Source of the DNA: Cyanidioschyzon merolae
Taxonomy: Eukaryota
Assembly (NCBI GenBank): GCA_000091205.1
Contig: AP006493.2
Reading direction: 5' to 3' (one strand)
Length of the DNA stretch: 64,000 nucleotides
This document shows positions 59,992-64,000 of this stretch, piece by piece. Within the stretch, counting starts at the first letter, position 1. Each line of letters opens with the position of its first letter. The notes under the pieces were generated by a model. It was not told the DNA's origin. It worked only from the letters and a program-made list of their open reading frames with translations, and did no database searches. The position numbers and the translations under genes were made by a program.

Positions 59992-60991
59992 GAGGCGATT
60001 GCTCCAACGACGCTCGTTCGAGTCCGGGTCCCTCGTCGATGCAAACCGCAGAGACTGGAGTCTCCCGGTGCGTATACCGATCGATATATCTCGCTGTTGC
60101 GGAATGCCGTCTCGTTAACCGTCACGAAGCACAGAGGATTCGTCTTTCAAACGGGACTTATGATTGTTCGTGACAAGTCCGGACCACTTTGGGGCAGGCG
60201 CTTGCGGCCAGGTTACCAAACGACGTCGTCGATACTGGTCTTCATGGTCAGTCCAGCGGCGCGACTGGTATTGAAACAGATACATCCATGAACGATAATG
60301 TGTGATGCTCATTTGCAACACGTCAGGAACTGAGAAGCATTGGAGGCTGCAACGTAAGCACTGGGCAGTGGTATCGGGTATTCCAGGATCACGCTTGGTG
60401 GCGGGCGTTGTAACTCATCGTGATTCCAGTGTCGTACCGAATACTTGCGACAAAGCATCGCAGGTCCCGGTCCTGAACCAAGACCCAGAATCCTGAAACG
60501 AGGTATGCATCCGGCATTGCATATGATTTCTCCTCGAGTATCGAGACTGAGCATCCGAGAAAACGGCTGGTAAGATTTGAAGCCAGAATCACAGCGAGCA
60601 TTCCAGAGCTTCACTCTAATCTGAGACGCTTATAGAACGCATTCGTATGCGTTCTAGATGCCCTAACTCCGGTACCAATCTCTGGAGCAGCTCCCGCACT
60701 CGGCAGCATTCCGAACGACACCATGATATCATGAAGCGAACTGGTGCTCGCCCGTTCGCTGCACTGCAGATCGTAAAGAGGCCCTCTTCCCTTCACCATC
60801 ACTGCGCGAGCAAGCAGGCACGTTCGGGCGAGCTCACCATCCACAGATCAACCGAACCGTTGTGGAGTGTGCTCATACGCGGAGCGACTGCATCCGACGC
60901 TTCCCAGGCTTGCGCGCTCGTCTCGGTATCGATGCCTCCGGGGATACCGCCAGCATCTGCTCCCGTCACTCACACAGATGATAACCTGTTT

Positions 60992-62974
60992 CTATGCCAA
61001 GCCAACAACATAATCTTCCTGATTCTTGTCCAGTTGTTGTAGGATGCTTTGTGCAATGTAGTCCGCTGCACCAGCTTGACCCATCACGAGCGCGGCTTGT
61101 TCCCGCAAAAACGCACATATCGACGCTCGCTGGGCGGTATCACGTAGCGCGCTGCAAACTCGGAGCACCGCCTTGGAGACTGCGTCGCCATGCTCTCGCT
61201 GCGGATCCGCGAGGATAACACTCGGGCCAAGGAGACGTCCTTGGGCCTCCCAGAAACCTCTTGTGAACTGAGGTCCTCTCCCCGGTGACGTGATCACTGG
61301 TTTACCCAAACCTACCGCCTGCTCTGTCGCAGTACCGGCACATGCGAACACCAGGTCGGCTCGCTGAAGACAAAGTTTCAGCGGATTTCCTGTCACCAGA
61401 GAAGATTCGCTAGACGATTGCGAACTCCAGAATCGGAGACGATGGCCGCCACTTGCGTACAGCATTTCACCAGTAGATTCTTGGGTAACATCAGCGCTAT
61501 CTCTGGATGCATCTTCCGTCGAGTGGTTTGTCGGATGCCAGCCGAGCTTTTGAGCGAGCCCGCCTAGACAAGCACAGTCCAGTGTAGAGGCAACGGGAAC
61601 CTCCAGCGAGAGCCGGATATCGTCAGCGTTCGTGAGCGCCTGCTCCAGCTCGCTCAGCATCCGTTCCCAGTTTCGATACGCCTCGGGGGCTCGCGAGCCC
61701 GGCAGCACCGCAACCACTAGGAAAGGCTCTGCGTCGTGCACCCGATGCGACTCGATATCCGCGGTTTCCGTTAGATCATCGAGCATGGGATTGAGTGCAT
61801 AGGGCGCCACTCGTGGAACATCTAAGCGCGATAGGTTGCGAGCCGTCAGCTGATCCCGAACGTAAACACCCGCAGTACCGAGACGCCGCATGAGCCAACG
61901 CTCCCACGGCAAATAGACGCTGGATCCTGTTAGGAGCGCTTCGAAAAGCCTCGCAAGTCGCCAGAAGAACGGAGCGCGCCAAATCCTATACCGACGATAC
62001 ATGAAGACTGCATATTGGACATCCAGAAGCAGCAGGCGCAGAAAGCGCCAGCAACCTTGGAGTCTCGCGTGCCAGCCGGGCGCCCTAGCCGCTGCACCCA
62101 GGCAAAAGCGAGACGCTTCGCTTGTGTTCAGGCCGTACACCCAGCGATCGCTGGTCCACCGATGAGGATACGGTTGCATAAATAACCATTCGCCGGCGGG
62201 ACTCTGAAGATAGAGGTCTGATTTTGCCGTCCCAATGAAGACGCCGTGTTGGACGCCGCTCTGGACTGCCAGGAAGAGCGGCCATACATCGCCGACCGCC
62301 AAGACGACGAAGCGCACCGACCGCAACATGTAAGCCGGCACCTGGGTGCTCTTCTCATGCAGCCAATATCGACTGCGCCTCCATTGTCCAATGACGATAC
62401 GAAAAAGACCTGCGGCGATATCGCGGAGCAATGCCCATGGTCGAGCGTAGATGAAGCCTCCACTCGGCAACGTTGCGCGAGGTTGCAGGAGACACAGACT
62501 GGGGACCCTGTTCGGCATCGCTGAGGCGTTGCTTGTCGCGGGCTCTTGATGCAGCTCGAGCGCCAGCTCTTGAGCGAGCCGCATATAGGCACTGCCAATG
62601 CCGACCAGCGGCAGCACATCCACGTGCAACCAAGACGAGGTATGGTGGTAGAGAGCGCGAAGTACCTGGGCAGCAACGAGGTCCTCTCCGTGTCCGTTAC
62701 TCAAACACAGCGCCACCGTGCCTTCAGGAGCGACCGCTTTCCCGTCGACATGGGCACCTGTCTGGGCTCGCAGCAGGTTTCCAGCAGCAGGTCGGGCTCG
62801 TCGCTTTGCAACCCGTTTCTGTGGCGGGTACGTCAAGTTTACGAACCGTCGAGGGGCATGTTCCAGCGGCTTGACCGACACCACCCGCCTCGACTGGCGC
62901 TGGACGGGCACTAGCCAGCCCGTCCCGAGCGAAGCACCTCTTCGGTGGCCTTCGAGTGTCCGGTGTGGACTCAT
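60992..62974 (-). CDS. lpxB: Lipid-A-disaccharide synthase-like glycosyltransferase (GT19, LpxB-related)
   Basis: VVAVLPGSRAPEAYRNWERML (LpxB ALLPGSRxxE motif), CAGTATEQAVGLGKPVI (LpxB ASGTAALE..), and N-terminal LSNGHGEDLVAAQVL typical of LpxB-related proteins. Confidence 0.55.
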   Translation of the reverse strand: MSPHRTLEGHRRGASLGTGWLVPVQRQSRRVVSVKPLEHAPRRFVNLTYPPQKRVAKRRARPAAGNLLRAQTGAHVDGKAVAPEGTVALCLSNGHGEDLVAAQVLRALYHHTSSWLHVDVLPLVGIGSAYMRLAQELALELHQEPATSNASAMPNRVPSLCLLQPRATLPSGGFIYARPWALLRDIAAGLFRIVIGQWRRSRYWLHEKSTQVPAYMLRSVRFVVLAVGDVWPLFLAVQSGVQHGVFIGTAKSDLYLQSPAGEWLFMQPYPHRWTSDRWVYGLNTSEASRFCLGAAARAPGWHARLQGCWRFLRLLLLDVQYAVFMYRRYRIWRAPFFWRLARLFEALLTGSSVYLPWERWLMRRLGTAGVYVRDQLTARNLSRLDVPRVAPYALNPMLDDLTETADIESHRVHDAEPFLVVAVLPGSRAPEAYRNWERMLSELEQALTNADDIRLSLEVPVASTLDCACLGGLAQKLGWHPTNHSTEDASRDSADVTQESTGEMLYASGGHRLRFWSSQSSSESSLVTGNPLKLCLQRADLVFACAGTATEQAVGLGKPVITSPGRGPQFTRGFWEAQGRLLGPSVILADPQREHGDAVSKAVLRVCSALRDTAQRASICAFLREQAALVMGQAGAADYIAQSILQQLDKNQEDYVVGLA

Positions 62975-63464
62975 GGGACGCTACGGGCGCTCGGAAAGCT
63001 TGTTCGAGAAACGCACCCAGTCCAAGAGAGCCGACAGAGGCTCGTACCCGCCCGCTACCAGCCCTACCGCCCGCAACGCTGAGCTTGTCGGAAAACTGCC
63101 AAAGACCGTCGACTGCATGACGCAGCGGTGTCATGGGAACGTGGACTGGATACGATTGCGGAGCTTCTGGTATTCGTTCGGGTCAACGGGGACGATGGAC
63201 TTGAGGATCTGTAGAGTAGATTGAAGGAAGCCCAACTCGAGCGACGGGAGAGTCCAGCATCCTTGCACCGTACTGGTCGCTGTCTCGCAGACTCTTTGAT
63301 AAACTCATGCGATATTAGCGCAGGATAAAACGGGTGCACTTGGGTAACTCGGGTGTACAGACTCCAGTTTGGGCTCTCTTTGCTCTGTCATAGACAGAAG
63401 CTTATGCAGGACGTTGCTTCTCCGGTATCCTCGTCTTCAAATACGACGGTATCTGGGGTGCCTT

Positions 63465-64000
63465 CAGGTCCCTTGTCAGCAGTGGACAGGTACGAACGAT
63501 GGCAGCGATACCCAAGTGCCGATTGCTCTGCTTCCGGTGCTTATCGACGACGCATTCAATGGACCGGCAAAAGATGCGACCCGTGCTGCACTTGCCGTTC
63601 CCCATGTCCTATGCATCAAGCCTTGACGTACCGTTCGCAGTGCCGGCACTTGACTGCTTGCAGGGATTTTCATGCGTCTAGTACATGTCTCATTCTCCGC
63701 CGAGGCCTACCCTGCGGTGCTCCAAGCCTGGCTACAGAGCGCTCCACTCGATACCCGCGTTCGATTTTCGCACCCAGTGCAGTGTCCTAGGAGCACGCGC
63801 TTCTTCCAGGCGATTCTCTCAGCGAGTACGCGATCCGCTGCATACGCAAGCGCATACTCTGGTAATCGATCGGGGGTTTGCGGACTCCGATGCCGTCCCT
63901 GATGACGAAACGATCACAGCAACGAAAACAATGCAGCAAGTTGAGAAGTATCGATGCATCGAGGCTCCCGCAGTGCAACGCGGTGACGTACGCTCCACTC
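63465..64000 (+). repeat. Direct repeat family C, copy 2 (truncated by the window end)
   Basis: See copy 1. Confidence 0.9.

Noticed and set aside
1-64000. Prokaryotic-style features (operons, CRISPR arrays, RBS or terminator calls)
   Set aside because: The sequence has spliceosomal introns, eukaryotic proteins (UBC2, Sen54, MPP-alpha, IBA57) and low-complexity inserts. No CRISPR-like regularly spaced repeats were seen. The window is a eukaryotic nuclear contig.

Overview
This window looks like GC-rich (roughly 55-58%) eukaryotic nuclear DNA, not prokaryotic. About 17 protein-coding genes lie on both strands. Most have a single uninterrupted ORF, and many carry homopolymeric amino-acid tracts encoded by trinucleotide repeats. 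Two genes can be shown to contain spliceosomal introns with yeast-like signals (GTAAGT donor, ACTAAC branch point about 25-30 nt upstream of a YAG acceptor).

Recognisable products, in order along the window:
- ATP phosphoribosyltransferase HisG (two exons)
- membrane-anchored short-chain dehydrogenase
- TPT/nucleotide-sugar-type transporter
- bacterial-type RadA/Sms
- HAT/TPR repeat protein
- E2 ubiquitin-conjugating enzyme UBC2/RAD6
- tRNA-splicing endonuclease subunit Sen54-like protein
- WD40 repeat protein
- large TPR protein
- IBA57/YgfZ (KGCYxGQE motif)
- mitochondrial processing peptidase alpha subunit (two exons, glycine-rich loop)
- small transmembrane K/E-rich protein
- CpcT/CpeT-type bilin lyase
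- 2950-aa low-complexity giant protein with a separase-like LPWE motif
- DUF1640/CCDC90-family protein
- LpxB-like GT19 glycosyltransferase

The CpcT homologue, the organelle-type RadA and LpxB, and three proteins whose N-termini begin M(M)AF all point to a phycobilin-containing alga (red alga or glaucophyte-like). That is inference only.

Accessory content:
- three decayed copies of a TnpB/Fanzor-like element, sitting in lower-GC islands
- two unrelated pairs of near-identical direct repeats, each bracketing one or two intact genes
- a shorter repeat that occurs upstream of two genes
- a 58-bp minisatellite in a divergent promoter
- a short inverted dispersed repeat

No rRNA, tRNA or CRISPR features were recognised.
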